The notes: generated by a model from the sequence alone, not told the origin. Shown: positions 1 to 12,459, counted from the stretch's first letter. The stretch: DNA of 43,649 nucleotides from Octopus sinensis (GCF_006345805.1 NW_021835793.1:1-43649), one strand, 5' to 3'. Translations and numbers: made by a program.

Positions 1-125
1 GTCGACTTTGACTTTTATTCTTTGGGGGTGGGGTCGATAAAAATAAGTACCAGTGAATATTGGGGTCGATCTAATCGACTTAACCTTCCCCTCGAAAATT
101 TCTAGCGTAGTGCTAAAATTTGAAA
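1..125 (+). mobile_element. Partial, diverged SINE family C (central domain plus tail)
   Basis: GTCGACTTTG..GGGGTCGATAAAAATAAGTACCAG..GGGGTCGATCTAATCGACT matches the body of the fuller copy at 39046-39280; head lies off the window edge. Confidence 0.75.
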
Positions 126-500
126 CCGATATTGTTTAATTTAGAGTGTGTTGACCAAGGGACCACCACCCACCACCACCACCACCACCATTGGTTCGAA
201 AACAATCCGTAATCGGGAAGGCTTTGGAACAAGGGAACGGAAAATCGTCCATATCACGAGTTACAATTAAGCAAGCGTTTACCAACTGAAATGAAATGTC
301 TAAATCAATATCGAAGGAAAGTGCTAACATATCTTTATCTTCATTTACTTTTTAAATGTCTTAGAAGAATAAGGACCATGCGCAGGTATCTTTTCAGGAC
401 TTCCATGATTGGTTGGAGGGGGGCTAACGTCAGTCTTGAGACCAAAACCCGAATGCTTGCAACGGAGTTGTTTCCGCTAAAGTCATGCAAGTAACAGGTA

Positions 501-515
501 ATGGTGTTAAGTCAG
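501..515 (+). CDS. Putative first coding exon (MVLSQ) of an unidentified host gene
   Basis: ATG at 501 is the first ATG after an in-frame TAA; followed by near-consensus donor CAG|GTAAGG; phase 0 matches the exon at 1991. Confidence 0.3.
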
Positions 516-550
516 GTAAGGCATTTAGAGAGTAAGCCATGACCGAATAA

Positions 551-1392
551 CACTGATCAACAGCCAATTTTCATCAGGGATATTATATGGTGTTTATATG
601 TAGTTTGTCGCAGATTTCAAAAATGTAATCGGTTTCCTTCTATCAGGCACAGTTTTTTCTGATGAGATACGAGGGTATACAAACTCCCATCAGCAGTATC
701 GCTACACGTAAGCGTCTTATACAGGTAAATTCTGACTTTTTGTTTATAAACTATTTGTATTCATTTTGTAATTTTATGTTTTCATAATCTTTTCTTTTCA
801 TACATTTTACTTTCTGTTTAAGGTGCCAAGTCATCATCATCATCAAATTCTACTCAGGATGTCAAGGCATTGCAAGAACAGTTCCTGATATATTTTGTCA
901 TGTCTCTGGTTCATTTACCATCAAAGCTCAGCAACGTGCTATCACAAGTGAAATCAAGAAGATCTACCAGTTATACTTTGGCTGCTCTCTCGGGGATCAA
1001 GATGAGAGTTGGTCCCCGCACATCATCTGCTCAGCTTGTTCAAATGGACGAAGGGATTGGCTAAATAAGAGGTAGACCGCAATGCCGTTTGCAATACCTA
1101 TATGATATGGAGAGAGCCAACGGATCATTTGATGGACTGTTATTTCTGCAACGTTAATGTATGTGGGTTTACTGTAAAGACCAAGCATAAGATTGTGTAT
1201 CCCAGCTTGGAATCAGCAAGAAGACCAGTACCACACACAACGATGATCTTCCTACTCCAATACCATCAGAAAATGGCCTTCAGATGTCTGACGAAGATGT
1301 ATTTCCTGAAGAAAATACTACTGCTGTGGAAGACACCGAAGTGGATGCAGATTTCACGATTGAAAATGAAGACTACATTTTTTGGCACTTGA
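551..1392 (+). mobile_element. 5' half of a Chapaev3-like (CMC superfamily) DNA transposon, degenerate transposase N-terminus
   Basis: Terminus TAA|CACTGATCAACA at 548-562; translation across a stop and frameshift gives PDIFCHVSGSFT..IYQLYFGCSLGDQDESWSPHIICSAC..MPFAIP..WREPTDHLMDCYFC..IVYPSLESARRPVPH then an acidic linker. Family label is from remembered motifs. Confidence 0.75.
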
Positions 1393-1517
1393 GACAAACA
1401 AGTCATACATGCACACAGAGAGGTGGGGTTGCAGTTTACTAATTGAATATGACTGGCATAAACAGTTTCCTTCTCCTGATACACATAAAGAGAAATATAT
1501 TCGCACATAAGCACAGG

Positions 1518-1593
<76 letters not shown>

Positions 1594-1612
1594 GAAGAGG
1601 AAAGAGAAGGCG
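1518..1612. repeat. (GA)n microsatellite
   Basis: Direct reading. Confidence 0.95.
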
Positions 1613-1990
1613 ATAACGAGAGGAATTTTAAAGCATATAATGTCAAATGAGTCAGTGTCAAATAAGCGGCGCCAAACAAGCAGCGCTAAAATAAGTGGCG
1701 CCCACAACGGCTGTGCCAAAATATCTCATAACCAGTGTTTTCAAGGTGACATGCTACGGTACCCAAATCTGTATGGGCTGATCTTACATCGCTGCTTCCA
1801 TCCCTCCATCTAACATTTATTATTTGGCGTAAAAAGATTCTGCGGCCGACTGCGACCTGGTCACTGACGAGGTTCCACTGCATCTCTTATAAATGTCTAA
1901 CTGAAATTTACACGCCTTTTGGAGGTTTTTGAATGGCTAATACTGCTTTCCTTCTTGTAATTGTTGATTGTTTGATTCTTTTCCTTTCAG

Positions 1991-2051
1991 GAAGAGCTGG
2001 TGCCTGACATAAGAAACAAAACCCTATCGCTGGAATTTGGGAGACAAAAAG
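1991..2051 (+). CDS. Putative internal exon EELVPDIRNKTLSLEFGRQK (phase 0 to 1)
   Basis: Strong acceptor TTGATTCTTTTCCTTTCAG| and donor AAAG|GTAAGA; only one of three frames is open. Confidence 0.55.
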
Positions 2052-2842
2052 GTAAGAGTTACATGCAAAACTTTACAGAAGTCTTGGATATTCCTACAGT
2101 TGGCTTACAGATGACATTTTCAAAGTGTTTATTAGCTGCTCACTTATATATATATATATATATATATAAACACACACACACACAGAAATAATCAGGGAAT
2201 GGAGAAAATTTCAGATTAACAAACACATCGATTGGACCACATTTTTAGCTTATTGTTTAATACAAAGCAAGACATAAATATTCCAGCAAATTAAGTTTTA
2301 CTGTTAGGTAAAATATATGAATCCAGCGAGTGGATGTGCTCAAGAGCTGGTAGCCACTTGGAGTATAGATTAAGGAGGGAAAGAAGATATAATTTAAAGT
2401 CCATATCCGAAATAAACTTAGAGAAAGAAACACACTGCTACACTATGAGTTCACCTTATCGGATCATTGGTAAATAATTAGAATAGAAAAATTACCCAAC
2501 TGCAGTCTCCAGTTCTGTATAATTCGTATCTACGACGTTGAATTTTTTTCACTGTTTGCTTTGCGTGAATCTTCTAGCCAATGGACGGCGCACTACCTGT
2601 TGATGTACCTTGATTCCAAATGAATCTTTTTTAACTGAAATACACACAGAGACACATACATGCACAAACACATACAGACACACACACACACATACACACA
2701 CGCGCGCATACAACAGCCTCACTCACACACCATGCATGCAACACACCCAAACAACACCCCATATATATATATATATTATATATTATATATATATATATAT
2801 ATGTGTGTATATATATATATACATATATGCATATACATATAT

Positions 2843-2870
<28 letters not shown>

Positions 2871-2873
<3 letters not shown>

Positions 2874-3065
2874 AATGCAAAATGGGACAAGAATGCAAAA
2901 ATCCAGATAGACGATACAAAAAACACGGACGGGTCATTCAAAGCCTTTAATCTTCAGTCAAGAACCGGATCATCCTCGCAATTTCGGCTGGGTTTATCCG
3001 GTTCTTGACTGAAAATTTGTATCGTCTATGTGGATGTTTTGCGTTCTTGTCCCATTTTGTAGTTA
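2871..3065. mobile_element. Foldback / MITE-like element embedded in (TA)n
   Basis: About 50-bp imperfect terminal inverted repeats (2871-2920 vs 3016-3065, core AAAATGGGACAAGAA) plus a perfect 18-bp inner inverted repeat (2953-2970 vs 2996-3013); TA runs on both sides. Confidence 0.75.
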
Positions 3066-3088
3066 TATATATATATATATATATACAA

Positions 3089-3145
<57 letters not shown>

Positions 3146-3331
3146 GAGATAGATAAATCGAGAGATAGCTAGATAGATAGATCGATCGATCGATAGATAA
3201 ATAGATAGATAGATTAATGCCGAGGTGTCTAGACATTTAGATGTGATGTCTAGACAGACAAACAGGCAAGCAGATAGACATACATACCGATAGATAGATA
3301 GATAGATAGAAAGATAGATAGATAGATAGAC

Positions 3332-3370
<39 letters not shown>

Positions 3371-3420
3371 TAGACCAATAGAATGATAATATATATGTGT
3401 GTGTGTGTGAATGTGTGTGT
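3066..3420. repeat. Compound (TA)/(GA)/(GATA)/(GACA)/(TG) microsatellite
   Basis: Direct reading. Confidence 0.95.
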
Positions 3421-3499
3421 ATATAAAACAAAGACTGACATACGCTGCACGTATCAAGTAACAAGTAACGTAACCAAAGCAAAACGAGTTTAACAATGA

Positions 3500-4423
3500 C
3501 ACAACAGAAGCAGCCCCCAACAACAACAACAAAAACAAGTACAACTACAACAACAACTACAACAACAACAAGGACAGCGGCAACATTAGCAACACGAAGA
3601 ATAACAACAGCAATAGTGAAAATAACAATAAACATCAGCGTCTTAGCAGACATCCTGAAAGAATTCGCCTGTCCACCCACGCATGATTTCGACACGATTC
3701 TGGTGGCGGTGATGGTGGTGGTGGTGGTGGTGGTGGTGGTTGCAGCGGTGGCTGTGGTAGAAGTGGTGTTGATGGTAGCAGGGGCAGTGTGGTGGCGGTG
3801 GTGGTGAAGGCGGTGTGATGGTGGTGGTGGTGGTGGTGGTAGCGGCGCTGGTGGTATCCGTGGTGGTTGTGATGGTGGTGGTGGTGGTTTTGGTGGTGGT
3901 GGTGGTGGTGGTGGTATCGCGCTGGTGGTATCCGTGGTGGCGGTGATGGTGGTGATGGTCGTGGTGGTGGTGGCGGCGGTGGTGGTGGTGGTGATGGTGG
4001 TAGAAGTGGTGGTGGTAGTGCTGGTGGTGGTGGTGGTGGTTGTAGCGGCGGCTGTGGTAGAAGTGGTGGTGATGGTAGCAGGGGCAGTGTGGTGGCGGTG
4101 GTAGTGGTGGTTGTAGTGGTGGTGGTGATGGTAGCAGTGGTAGTGGTGCAGTGGTTGTGGTAGCGGTGGTGGTGGTATCCGTGGTGGTTGTGATGGTGGT
4201 AATGGTGGTGGTGGTGGTGGTTGTAGTGGTGGTAGTTGCACTGGGTCAGCTAGTAGTGGTCACTGTGGTGGTGGTGTTGGCGGTGGTAGTGGTGTCCAAG
4301 GGAATGGTAGTGATGCTGCTGCTGATGGTGGTGGTGATGCTGGCAGTATTAGAAATGGTGGTCGGAGCGATGGTGGAGGTGGTGGGGTGGTGGTGGCTGT
4401 AGCAGTCGTGGTGGCAATAGTGA

Positions 4424-4469
<46 letters not shown>

Positions 4470-4570
4470 TGTAAGAGTGGTGGTGGTAGATGTAGTAGTG
4501 GTGGTAGTAGTAGTGGTGTAGGTGGTAGTGGTAGTAGTAGTAGTAGTAGCAGTAGTAGCAGTAGTAGTAA

Positions 4571-4603
<33 letters not shown>

Positions 4604-4628
4604 CAACAGTAGTAATAATAGTAGCAAC

Positions 4629-4678
<50 letters not shown>

Positions 4679-4730
4679 CAGCAGCAACAGTAGTAATAGT
4701 ACTAGTAGTAGTAGTAGTAGTGTAGGTGGT
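3500..4730. repeat. Large compound trinucleotide tract (CAA)/(GGT)/(AGT) with an internal duplication of 300-bp offset
   Basis: 3731-3801 recurs at 4031-4101; the long Pro/Thr/Val ORFs here are repeat translations. Confidence 0.9.
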
Positions 4731-5080
4731 GCGGGACATTATGACATACCCAACATTCAAGTAAGGGTGGCATGAAAACTGTGTGGCCTGCCTCTGTTGT
4801 AGAGTATTGGTGTTGGTAGTGCGGGTGGAGGTGGAGGTGGTCGTGCTCCACCCCCACCTCTGTCACTCAAAAGTGCTTGTGCCTTCCTCTAACGGACCCA
4901 TTTCTTGTCATCCTTAATATAGGGGTGTCTTCTTTTCTTCTCGCTTCTCAGTTTTTCCTGTCTACATTTTCTGTCTATTGCGTATGCGAAGTGAGAGTAT
5001 GTGTGTGTATACATAGACACACATATGCATACACCTATATATATATGTATATATAAATGTATATTTATATATTTATATTA

Positions 5081-5143
<63 letters not shown>

Positions 5144-5273
5144 GTGTGTTGTGTATGTATATATGAGGTCTTTGGGCTAAGATCAAAGTGTAGTTATATA
5201 TGAATGTATGTATATATATGTGTGTGTACACACACATACATGTATATATATGTATGTATGTATTGTATGTATG

Positions 5274-5311
<38 letters not shown>

Positions 5312-5768
5312 GTGTAAATGTATGTGGTGTGTATGTACCCAGACTCAGTCTTTTGGATAAGATCAAAGTGTAATATATATGAATTTATATGTATATTTGT
5401 GTATGTGTATGTACACACACACACACCACACACACACACACACACACACCACACACACCATACACACACACACATATATACATACATACCTGTGTATATA
5501 TATACATATATATATATGTATACATACATACATTACATACATGTGTATATACATATATCGTTTGGGGATTTGGTTTGCAAGATTCTCATTGTGAATTCGT
5601 GTGTTGAAGTATATTTTTGTTTTGTCTGCGGAGAGTCATTCTCTTTTAGTTTCTTATAATTTAACACACTCACCGGTAAAATTTACACTCATTTACTTAT
5701 TTTTCTAGAATTTTCGTTGCGTCTTGCAACCTTTTCAATAATTGTTGACTCTCTATATATACTATTTT

Positions 5769-6350
5769 TGGAGGCGCAATAGCCCAGTGGTAAGGGCAGC
5801 AGACTCACGGTCATAGGATCGTGGTTTCGAATCCCAGACTGGGCTTTGTGAGTGTTTATTGAGTGAAAAAGCCCAAAGCTCCACGAAGCTCCGGCAGGAG
5901 ATGGTGGTGAACCCTGCTGTACTCTTTCACCACAACTTTCTCTTACTCTTCCTTCCTGTTTCTATTGTACCTGTATTTCAAAGGACCAGCCTTATCACAC
6001 TCTGTGTCACGCTGAATCTCCCCGAGAACTACGTTAAGGGTACTCTTCCTTCCTGTTTCTATTGTACCTGTATTTCAAAGGACCAGCCTTATCACACTCT
6101 GTGTCACGCTGAATCTCCCCGAGAACTACGTTAAGGGTACTCTTCCTTCCTGTTTCTATTGTACCTGTATTTCAAAGGACCAGCCTTATCACACTCTGTG
6201 TCACGCTGAATCTCCCCGAGAACTACGTTAAGGGTATAAGTGTATGTGGAATGCTCAGCCACTTGCACGTTAATTTCACGAGCAGGATGTTCGTTCCGTT
6301 GATCGGATCAAATGGAAGCCTCGTCGTCGTAACCGACGGAGTGTCAAGAC
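5769..6350 (+). mobile_element. tRNA-derived SINE family A with an internal 97-bp triplication
   Basis: Head GGAGGCGCAATAGCCCAGTGG (A box) and GGTTTCGAATCC (B box); tail CGTCGTCGTAACCGACGGAGTG; identical units at 5945-6041, 6042-6138, 6139-6235. Confidence 0.9.
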
Positions 6351-6440
6351 GATATAAAAATGTTGCAAGACGCAACAAAATTAGATGCTTCTCCGTGGAT
6401 TGAGGGATCAAACGATGACCGACCTTAATCAGTGTTCGAA

Positions 6441-6675
6441 TATTTATTTCTTTATTGCCCACAAGGGGCTACACACAGAGAAGACAAACAAGGACAGACA
6501 AACGGGTTAAGTCGATTACATCGACCCCAGTGCGTAACTGGTACTTAATTTATCGACCCCGAAAGGATGAAAGGCAAAGTCGACCTCGGCGGAATTTGAA
6601 CTCAGAACGTAACGGCAGACGAAATACGGCTGCGCATTTCGTCCGGCGTGCTAACGTTTCTGCCAGCTCGCCGCC
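6441..6675 (-). mobile_element. tRNA-derived SINE family C, near full length
   Basis: Reverse complement of GGCGGCGAGCTGGCAGAAACGTTAGC..GAGTTCAAATTCCGCCGAGGTCGACTTTGCCTTTCATCCTTTCGGGGTCGAT. Confidence 0.9.
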
Positions 6676-7727
6676 TTATCAGTTTTCGAATATTTTAAGA
6701 TTTTCATCAGAGTCGTCTTCATCAATTTGGCCAATCTCAGAGAAAGAAGTTGCCAATCTGTTTATATACTCAGCAATTACAGTAGCTACACAAAACTGGA
6801 ATAACAAATTTGCATAACGTGTTAACACTCTATTTTTAAATATCATGGCCACCCTTTTATGTAAGTCCCAGATAAGGTCGCCAATCCTTTTGTTTTCGGC
6901 AGGTAACCCTTTATTTTAACCCTTTCCTATCTTTGTCCTCATTAAATAAAAAAAAAAGATTTGCTATATGTCAGTTTTCGATGAAACTTCCTCCCGCACT
7001 TCACCAAATAACTTTTTAATGCTTAACTTGTATATTTTCAAGAATAATACCTAAACACTTCAAGAAATCTGCAGAACTAGAAACGATGCCAGTATTACTC
7101 TTTATAAACTATGTGGAGCTAAGCATAGTTCCCACTGGAGTTGCATAGCATAAGTTTTATATATGCTTTTAAATACAAAGAACAGATGTTCGGTTGAACT
7201 AATAAAGTGTGAAGTTTAGATTATATTTCAGCTTACAAGATAATTATTGTTTAGATTTTCAGAATAAATAAGATAAAATAAGACAATGGTACAATTTTGC
7301 TGAACTGCGCAAAAAAGCCAGAGAAAGTATAATTTTAAAGATTAAAAGTGCTCAGATGTTTAAATTTATTTTGTTATATTTTGATGTAAACTCGTTCGCT
7401 TTCTTCTGCTAAGCACTTAATCTAATTTGTGTAAAGAGATAAAATTCATTCACATTTCAAAAACGATAAACAAAAGTTGTGGAGGAAGAACAGCGCGACA
7501 AAAAAAAAAAAGAAGAAAGAACCCACATAAAACACCGCGATAAAAACATTTTTCATTCTTTTTCAAATAAAACTGGAAAAGATTATTAAAATAAATGAAA
7601 AATAAAAACAAACAAATTTGTTTGACAAACCAATGTTAGTGAAATTTCGGTAAGGAACTATGAAATTTTCAAAGTAAAAAATTATTTTAGTACATGTTAC
7701 AACTATATCAACCTAATTTGAGGAATA

Positions 7728-8103
7728 TGGATGGAAGCACTCCGTCGGTTACGACGGTGAGGGTTCCGGTTGATCCGAATCAACGGAACAGCCTGCTCGT
7801 GAAATTAACGTGTAAGTGGCTGAGCACTCCACAGATACGTGTACCCTTAACGTAGTTCTCGGGGATATTCAGCGTGACAAGGCCGGCCCCTTGAAATACA
7901 GGTACAACAGAAACAAGAAGAAAGAGTGAGAGAAAGTTGTGGTGAAAGAGTACAGCAGGGATCACCACCATCCCCTGCCGGAGCCTCGTGGAGCTTTAGG
8001 TGTTTTCGCTCAATAAACACTCACAACGCCCGGTCTGGGAATCGAAACCGCGATCCTATGACCGCGAGTCCGCTGCCCTAACCACTGGGCCATTGCACCT
8101 CCA
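7728..8103 (-). mobile_element. SINE family A, full length, with target-site duplication
   Basis: Complete head and tail; CTAATTTGAGGAATA (7713-7727) and CTAATTTAAGGAATA (8104-8118) flank it. Confidence 0.92.
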
Positions 8104-8248
8104 CTAATTTAAGGAATAACATATACAAACGCAATACAATTTTAATTTGGTGGCCAGCCTAATGCCTCTCCACCCCCGTACTAATTCGCCGAAATGCTCA
8201 AATGCTGAACTGGGAAATGTGTGTCGACTTCATCGTCAATGTTCACAG

Positions 8249-8278
8249 ATCTGGAGTGTGTGCTGCCGATGTACGTGG
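8249..8278 (+). CDS. Possible 30-nt exon (DLECVLPMYV, phase 1 to 1)
   Basis: GTTCACAG| acceptor and TGG|GTATGT donor; in phase with neighbouring exons but short enough to be chance. Confidence 0.25.
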
Positions 8279-8478
8279 GTATGTTCTTCAATTGCAAATG
8301 ACTACAGCATACCACATTGTACATGGACTAGCAATAACGATTTTATAACATTCACTGGTACTTTGAAAGACTTAGTTTATTTTTAGTATTTTTCATGAAA
8401 ATGTCAGTGATGGAACTGTGATTTTCCATTCAAGAATCGGATGAAATGTGGCTTGCTCCCACTTATATAATTTTTCAG

Positions 8479-8679
8479 CCGAACATCTCAGTATGTCACG
8501 GCACCAGTTATTACCCGATCATCTATCAATGAAGCCAGAGATTTCCCGGGTTGGAATTTTCAACGAGTCGACATTGCGGCAATCTCTGAAGGAACTCTCT
8601 TCAGAGGAACCAATGTTTCATCGATTTCCTATCGAGTTCTGTTTAATATCAAGACAGTATCATATCGAATCATCAAGAG
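8479..8679 (+). CDS. Putative 201-nt exon (AEHLSMSRHQLLPDHLSMKPEISRVGIFNESTLRQSLKELSSEEPMFHRFPIEFCLISRQYHIESSR)
   Basis: ATAATTTTTCAG| acceptor, AAGAG|GTATTT donor, symmetric length, non-repetitive sequence; two frames are open, phase 1 chosen because it joins 1991-2051. Confidence 0.5.
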
Positions 8680-8685
8680 GTATTT

Positions 8686-8851
8686 GTTCCTTCTCGATAC
8701 ATGCTCGGCTCATAAGGGCCGGTTTCCCGGTTTCCTTGGCGTATAGGTTCCCCACCTGGACGGGACGCCGGTCCGTTGCAGGTGAGCTGCAAAATGCAGG
8801 AGGAAAGAGTGAGAGAAAGTTGTGGCGAAAGAGTCAGCAAAACTTATTCAT
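8686..8851 (-). mobile_element. 3' part of a SINE family A variant with an alternative tail
   Basis: Shares ACTCTTTCGCCACAACTTTCTCTCACTCTTTC body with family A but continues CCTGCAACGGACCGGCGTCCCGTCCAGG..GGAAACCGGCCCTTATGAGCC. Confidence 0.75.
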
Positions 8852-10170
8852 CAGACTATGTATATATATATATATATATATTATATATACAAAGAGCAAT
8901 AAACCAGACTTACAGTCTACTAGCTCTTCTGTATAACTAGAACCCTCTTTTTTTCTTTTTATTTTCTTTCTTTTTCCCTTCTTTCCCTATTTCTTTCTCT
9001 TTTCTCTTTCTTCTTTTTCTTCTTCTTATTCCTGTTTTCTCCTTTCTCTTCTCTTTTAGTCCCCCTTTCCCCCTTTTTGCTCCCTCCTCCATTATTTTCT
9101 CTCTTTTCTTCTATTCCCTTCTCTATCTTGGCCGATCTAGTAAGCCTTCAGCCTTTAAGAGTTAAATAGCTACAGCCTCTTGTGAATAGCAGTAATGTGA
9201 TTAATATGGCAAACACCTAATCATATAACAAGGATTGATACCTACCTCATTGTGTTCAACCATTGTAAAATTTATCGCCTGTGAATATGAAATTCATCTC
9301 CATTTCTCTGGAATTTATACATCTACACATTGGAATCTGTGCATATATACAAAGGATTAATTCACCCTCTCTGTAATGCTAATAAGCAGGAATTGAGACC
9401 CACTCGTTGTAATTAACAATGGATAAATTTGTCTTCTGTGAGTATATAATCCCTCATCATATCTATGGAAATTCATATGGATTAGGTCACCTTCTCTGTG
9501 ATGCTATCAAAACTTTTTTAAAATTCTGTGATAAGACTGTACAATCATCTTTAAAGAACTTTAATGAACTTTAGAAATCTGTTTAATTATCTACATTACT
9601 TCATGAGTATAGCCTCAAACACTAGGATGTCTAGAGAACTTACATGTATTTTAGCTGATGTGTACGGGACTCGTTTATATGCTGTAATCTTTGCAACTTT
9701 TAATAAAACCTGTCCTTGTATGAAACGATCGTACTAAAAACCTATCCATTCTTGTTGCTTCTTTCTCGTATATATATATATATATATATATATTCATTTA
9801 GAGATAGTTGGCCCCTTCATCTCACCATGAAAAAAGAATTTTAATTTAAATACTACTTTATAATTTGGCTACACGTGTTTCATGAGGTACATTTCCCGGT
9901 TCCTAAACCACTCAGTATTTTGCTGGAACCGTTCTTAAAGTATAACCCCAATCATCAGGCCCCTATATCACTTTCTCATAGTTCGATACTATAAACTATA
10001 TTTTAATTTTTTAAACCAATAAATATGTGTAATAATATGTGTAAAAATATGTTCACCGGACCATACTGTACAAGCCATAATTTAATTCAAATAAGAAATT
10101 ACAAAAATAAAAATAATAAAAAAAATAATAAAATAAAAAATAAAAAATATAATAAAAATAATTACAAAGA

Positions 10171-10240
<70 letters not shown>

Positions 10241-10244
10241 CTTT

Positions 10245-10577
10245 TATTCTTTTACTCTTTTACTTATTTCAGTCCTTTGACTGCGGCCATACTAGAGCAC
10301 TGCCATTAGTCAAGCAAATCGACCACAGGACTCATTCTTTGTAAGGCTAGTACTTAGTCTATCGTTTGCCAAGCGATGATGGGGGGGGGACAAACACAGA
10401 CACACAAACACTCACACGCACACATACACCCATATACATATATAATGGCCTTCTTTCAGTTTCCGTCTACCAAATCCACTCAAAGACTTTGGTCAGCCCG
10501 TAGATATAGTTGAAGACACGCACCGGAACCATGTGGTTGGTAAGCAAGCTAGTTATAGCACAGCAACTCCTGCGCAT
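10245..10577 (-). mobile_element. SINE family B (tRNA head, internal CA/TA microsatellite)
   Basis: Reverse complement of head ..GCTTGCTTACCAACCACATGGTTCC, GATTTGGTAGACGGAAACTGAAAGAAG and tail GGCCGCAGTCAAAGGACTGAAA. Confidence 0.85.
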
Positions 10578-10734
10578 AGCAACAAACAAACAGGACGACT
10601 GTGCGTTTATTTGTTTATCATAGATAAAGAAAATCAAATATTAACCGTGAAAAATATTAAATAGGACATAGATCTAGACTATATGTTATTTTTTTTTTCA
10701 AGGAAAAGTTTTACAATGGCAGACAGAGACAGAT

Positions 10735-10779
<45 letters not shown>

Positions 10780-10793
10780 TTGGAGAGATAGAT

Positions 10794-10940
10794 ATGTTTC
10801 TTTATTAGCCACACAGGGCTGCACACAGACAGGACAAAATTACAAGGTAGAGCTTTTCTTTTGGTTTTCGATCAAAAGGGATCGTAAATGGAAAGAAAGA
10901 GGACAAAAAGGGGGGGGGGAAAGGGAGGTGAGGAAAAAAG

Positions 10941-10941
<1 letters not shown>
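10794..10941 (-). mobile_element. Short 3'-end copy of a Tx1/L1-like LINE in (GATA)n
   Basis: Ends (sense) GTGTGCAGCCCTGTGTGGCTAATAAAGAAACAT followed by (ATCT)n; same terminus as 10981 and 12351. Confidence 0.85.
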
Positions 10942-10980
<39 letters not shown>

Positions 10981-10981
<1 letters not shown>

Positions 10982-11052
10982 TGTTTCTTTATTAGCCACA
11001 CAGGGCTGCACACAGATAGAACAAATTACAAGGTAGAAGCTTTTCTTTTGAA

Positions 11053-11084
<32 letters not shown>

Positions 11085-12266
11085 TAAGAAAAAAAAATAA
11101 TAAATAAAATAAATAAAAAAAGGGGGGGTCGATCAAAAGGGATCGTAAAAGGAGAGAAAGAGGACAAAAAAAAAGGGGGGTTAAAAAAAAAAGGGGGAGG
11201 AAAAAAATTGATCAATAGGGATCGTTATCACAGAAATGTCAATATGAAGTGTAAAGGGGGACAGGTGAGGTTTTACCCGTGAAAGAAAAGCCTACGGAAA
11301 AGACCACGGTAACCTCGGTCAATGAAGTCACATGTTATATTTCTTTTTTTTTTTTTTTTTTTTTGCAAATAAGCAACTCTCTGTATTAATTTTTACGGTT
11401 CATAGAATCATAGTCAAGGTGGCTTCGTCATTCATACGTGCCATCCTTGCTACATTCACCCATCTTTTTTTAAAACATTCACTAGACAAAACTTGCCTCT
11501 CTACTCTCACTTTTTTCTTCAAGTGATACTTGAAGAAGTTGATGAGAGATTGACCAGAGAGGAAAGTGTTTGTCTCTAATCCTTTCAGACGCGTCCACCA
11601 GATACATTCTTTCGCCATAGCCACAAGTATGATAAAAATAGCTCTTCCTTCCCCGTTTGAAGGAAGGAGGCGTGACGATATTAACGATAGACTCGGCTGA
11701 TAAACCGACACGTCACACGTGACAGCAGTCGTTCGACATAAGCCCACAGGTGGGAATTGCTGGACACTGCACGATTGCGTGCAGAGCGGTTTCGTCGCTC
11801 TGCCCGCATCTCGGGCAGGTCGGCCCCGTGTTTCTCTCGAGCCATGCCTATAGAGCTTATCCCGAACGGGTAGCGCTTCTCGGTAGCACCGCCAGGCCAG
11901 GGATCTCTGAAGTTGTCCATAGGTCCCGGGCCGAAAGTCGTTTGAAACAGGCGGGTCAGGTATTCCTCGTCGACGCCCCCGGTTTGCCCCGAGCTCGTCG
12001 TCGTACCTCCCCTCCACTAATCCCCTATAGAATGCTTTGGTTGTGTTGAAGTCACTCAAGGTCGACCCGGGACGGCAGAGTTGCTTGAGAGCAACGCGAC
12101 ACTCGCGGTGCCATTCGCCCTTCTTCGGCCTCTTTTTGATCCACGACTGTAGTTCGGTCATGGAGACGAGTTGCGGGAATGCGTGCCTCACAAACGGCGA
12201 ACACACCTGTTCACCGTCGTCTACATAGAGCCGGAGATGTCGCAGTCTCAGCGCGTGTCTGCGCAT
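10981..12266 (-). mobile_element. 5'-truncated L1/Tx1-clade non-LTR retrotransposon: ORF2 C-terminus (zf-RVT-type zinc knuckle, frameshifted) and 3' UTR
   Basis: LAWRCYREALPVRDKLYRHG then, in a shifted frame, CPRCGQSDETALHAIVQCP (11761-11817, CCHC); stop at 11400-11402; AATAAA then (ATCT)n tail; several frameshifts. Confidence 0.85.
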
Positions 12267-12274
12267 AGATAGAC

Positions 12275-12309
<35 letters not shown>

Positions 12310-12310
12310 C

Positions 12311-12350
<40 letters not shown>

Positions 12351-12351
<1 letters not shown>

Positions 12352-12423
12352 TGTTTCTTTATTAGCCACACAGGGCTGCACACAGATAGAACAAATTACA
12401 AGGTAGAGCTTTTCTTTTGAAGG

Positions 12424-12459
<36 letters not shown>

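Noticed and set aside
365-430. KNKDHAQVSFQDFHDWLEGG as an EF-hand-like terminal exon
   Set aside because: Lacks canonical loop residues and competes with several alternative splice readings
1640-1890. Short GCGCC(A)AA iterations and a possible LINE endonuclease trace
   Set aside because: Too short and degenerate to assign
3237-4760. Long Pro/Thr/His/Val/Leu-rich ORFs resembling mucin or extensin
   Set aside because: Direct translations of (GGT)/(AGT)/(CAA) tracts, open in several frames on both strands, no splice or domain support
5945-6235. CRISPR-like array
   Set aside because: Contiguous identical units with no spacers, inside a SINE, in eukaryotic DNA
8249-8500. ECVLPMYVAEHL resembling the nucleotide cyclase LP.HVA motif
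   Set aside because: Downstream sequence shows none of the cyclase catalytic motifs
8848-8854. CTGATGA hammerhead core on the minus strand beside (TA)n
   Set aside because: No stem II/GAAA partner; sequence is cut by a SINE tail
9700-9740. GAAACGATCGTA resembling hammerhead stem III with a palindromic loop
   Set aside because: CUGANGA core and stem I not recoverable; at most a decayed remnant
11400-12383. 327-aa ORF as an intact host gene
   Set aside because: N-terminus is (ATCT)n translation and the middle is out of frame with the LINE zinc knuckle; it is a frameshifted retrotransposon fragment
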